Positions 60,871-64,000 of a DNA stretch of 64,000 bases are shown piece after piece (position 1 is the stretch's first letter; the number at the start of each line of letters is the position of its first letter). This stretch comes from Branchiostoma lanceolatum (lineage: Eukaryota): contig NC_089740.1 of assembly GCF_035083965.1 (NCBI RefSeq), forward strand, positions 9,044,596 to 9,108,595. The letters are read 5' to 3'. A program made the translations under genes and the position numbers. Below the pieces are notes generated by a model that was not told where the DNA came from, did not search any database, and saw nothing but the letters and a program-made list of their open reading frames with translations.

Positions 60871-63800
60871 GTTGGAAGTCCCATGTTGTGTTAGAAAAGA
60901 TATGTGTCCGAGGTTCCTAATGGATGGTTGTCACACAAGCTCCAGATAAAGCTGCTATGAAGGATCACATATGAATAAAGTTACATCGATTCTACACTAT
61001 TGTATCAATATGACTAGGTCAATGCACCATCTCCACGTAAGAACTGGACCTAGACCTAGTTCCTCCATCTTCTATTGGAACACTGGGCAGTTATAGGGGT
61101 TTTCAATACATTAGATATCAAAGGCAAAGGTAGATGACATTCCTACTTTCGACTTATTCCTCAGCAACTTGGTATTCTTGAACGCCCGTGCTCTGTTAGA
61201 TAAAGATAAGGCAGTTGAAAAATTCCCTGTCCATAGTGTTGAATATACAGTGCTTACGTAAGCACCAGATGTGGATTTCTAGTTGGGAAAAGGTAGATGG
61301 TATCACTACTTTTGCGATATTCTGTGGCCCAGTTGCCACTAGCATTGTTGGACGTCCTGTGCTGTGCTGAAAAAAAGCGTCACTGTCCAATGTACTGAAT
61401 GGATAGTGCTGGTACACAGACACTAGATAAGGCAGTTACGATGGATCATATACTGACCGACATCAATTTCAGATATCTGTAAGGGACACACACCCAACTC
61501 ACACAGTCAGGTCGAATCGCTAGGCTGTTATCTCAACGAAATCGTGGCACAGGAAATGTCAATAAGTCATCAAAATTGTCCGTGAGATACCGGGGCAATT
61601 TGTCATGACGCACAACTGTTGAGCCCGCTTTAACAAGTATGTTGACAACAAAGTCAAAGGTTTTCCAGGTTTTTGGTTTATGTCTTCGTTTTAGTCTTGT
61701 GGTGTACGTCAAATTGAATATTCATTGTAATATCAGGTGGTTTGTTTAAAAAAACAAATCAGTGTTTACGACTGTTGGCATTGTACTCGTTTAGTCATGT
61801 TCTAGTTCTGAAGTTGACGCAATGAACGAATGGTTTCCTTCATGTACAGATGATTTAGAGTGCTTTTAGTGTTTTATGTGAAACAGTCTGTGTAGTCGGA
61901 TGCGCTTTAAGGCAGCCATAATTATCAACTTCCCTGGTACACTTATATGCCTTCAAACCATACGCTTGGAAGCATTCTAGCCACGCCATTCTCAAAAGTG
62001 CACAAATTATCCATATTGCTATTCCACTCTTAGCGAAATGCCTTAGGTATTCAGTAGAATTATGACCAACTACGTTTATGCCATAAAATTCCGTTTTCAA
62101 ATTGAGTATTCCTGTAAGGGACTATACTTTCCCCGGACGATAAGAGCCAGGGTGACGCGTAATTGCCAACTCCTGCAGCTACAGTCCTTTGAAAGCTAGT
62201 CGTCGCAATTTCCCAGAACCTCCAGTGCACTGTAGGAGGAGATACGGCTAATGTATGGCTCACCGGGAGCGGTGTTTTCCACATCTTTCTCGTTATATCC
62301 GGCTAGAAGCACACCGAGACATGCTCGGTTTACTGTAAGAACGGGATCCGAAGTAGCTTTCTAAGTGCTTTTACAATCCTTCAGAATCGGGACTCAGCGA
62401 GAGTTTTGACCATTTTAGGATGATGTGCTTGGAGGGAATCGATCTTAGCGAAACCGGCTGTCGTATTCGTAATCTGACAGCTGGATGGGTTGATATACTT
62501 TCCAGGCAGAGGTTGGTGGAGATGATTGTGACCATTTCATCATGTGCGCCGTTTTCTGTAGACACTCTCCACCAACTTCTCGTTCGCTTCTCCGGTGGAG
62601 AATGCCAACAGGAAACAGGGCATATGACAAAAAGGTCACAATCTTGGAGAGCAGGTTGATACTGAAGATGACATTATGGGGCCAGTGATACACCCAAACT
62701 AATGCATGTATGACGTTACTAATGACATGGCTAGGAACGAAATCGTAGGGTTTAAGTCTTTTGATATTCTGCTGGCTGGATAACGTCCGTTAACATTTAT
62801 CCGTAAATTCTCTGGGCAAAATTAAAAAATCAGAATACACCTGCTTATCAAAATTGTAATCCATAATTCTGTCTGTTATATGCTGATATCATAAAATATA
62901 TTTGACACTTTCGCCGTATACTTTCTCGTTGATCCATTGGATTGTTACTTTTTGACTATTTTTTTAGAGCGCTTCATGTCAAATGAATGTTTTCGTGGAT
63001 CCATAACTCCACTGAGTTCCATTATACGACTTTCAAACATATGACATGTGTGTCTGAAAAAGAGAAGAACATGAAGAAATATCAATCATACAAAATGGTC
63101 GGGATAAAAACTTGTCTCAGGGCTTAACCAGCGACTCCTCGGGGCCCTGCATTGACCTCCTCTATGGAGGTTATTCGTGCAGACCCTATTGCCAGAAGCG
63201 TTCTCAGATCGATGAGATTTGAATTCTTGGCCGTTAGTAACCCTGAAATCGAAAAATGCCATCATTGGTCAGAAGTGGCATGCTGTAATATGATATCGAC
63301 CGGCCATGTTGGTGACAAAACTGCGGAAAATTGATATCCCTGTGGTAACAGCATGACCTTCGAACCTTGTACAAATTAAAGTGTCTGAGCGTCATGGCCT
63401 ATAGTAACCTGATAGCCGTCCGCCATGTCGGGGAACTGTGAAAAACTAAGTGCCCTTTGAGTAACGACAGTGGGTAGAACTGTGGGACAGGAAAGTCGTC
63501 CTTTTTGAAAATATACCGGCACTATATGGGATTTCTGCAATATAAATGTACGTTAGGGGAATGCAGAAGTAGAACCTAACATTCTTCACTTCATTCTTCA
63601 TAGAGCCCCCATTGCTCCCTGTTTTTGACTGATAACAACGGGAATCATTTGTCATCTTTAACTGGCCAAGGTCACGAATAAACACAGATGATCCGAAACC
63701 GCTGAAGCAGAACTTTGCTGAACACCGACGGGGTTCTCGGGCTCAATGCATAATCTACGATGAGTTTTAGCCAGAAAGGACACAAAACTCTCTCAAAGTC

Positions 63801-64000
63801 TTCCAAGCTATTTGAGCTAAATACAGCTGGAATCAACCACTAAGTGGAGGCAACTGGTAACGGGAGATAACCAAATGCCGGACAGGGTCTAAAGGCGAGA
63901 CTGGTTCTCCACGGGATATAGTAAGGAAAATCTACCGCTAAGTCAGAGTATGTGCATAAGTTTCAAACATGCCTTTTCACTTTTTTTTTTCATTCTATTG

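Overview
This window reads as nuclear DNA from an invertebrate animal, not a prokaryote. It has multi-exon genes with canonical GT-AG introns of roughly 0.3-0.6 kb, polypyrimidine tracts before acceptors, an AATAAA poly(A) signal, abundant (CA)n/(GT)n/(CT)n microsatellites, and satellite arrays. Five protein-coding loci could be reconstructed by hand. (1) MPC2 on the minus strand has 2 coding exons at 5266-7006. (2) TXNL1 (thioredoxin domain plus PITH domain) on the plus strand has 8 coding exons at 7454-11181. It is head-to-head with MPC2 across about 450 bp. (3) A 16-exon plus-strand gene at 16769-24312 encodes a 705-aa type I membrane glycoprotein that I cannot assign to a family. It has a signal peptide, an ectodomain of about 640 aa, one TM segment and a short tail. 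Its TM-encoding terminal exon is tandemly reiterated four times. (4) A neuronal-calcium-sensor (NCS, recoverin/KChIP-like) EF-hand gene on the minus strand has exons at 43227-43376, 37155-37346 and 26808-27212; its 5' end was not found. (5) Two tandemly duplicated secreted fibrinogen-related-domain (FReD) genes on the plus strand, three exons each, lie at 30311-31960 and 33714-35424. Both sit inside the 9.9-kb intron of the NCS gene on the opposite strand. The second half of the window (45-64 kb) shows no convincing coding potential and is dominated by tandem-repeat arrays and a long (CT)n(GT)n microsatellite. The most unusual structure is a ~115-120-bp satellite of 9 copies at 43377-44460. 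Each copy is a truncated duplicate of the 5' part of the NCS exon, including its intact ctgcag acceptor, and the array lies immediately upstream of the real exon. No prokaryotic-style system (CRISPR, operons, defence island) is present. All gene models are hand-built from the ORF track plus splice-site inspection and remembered homology. No database search was run.
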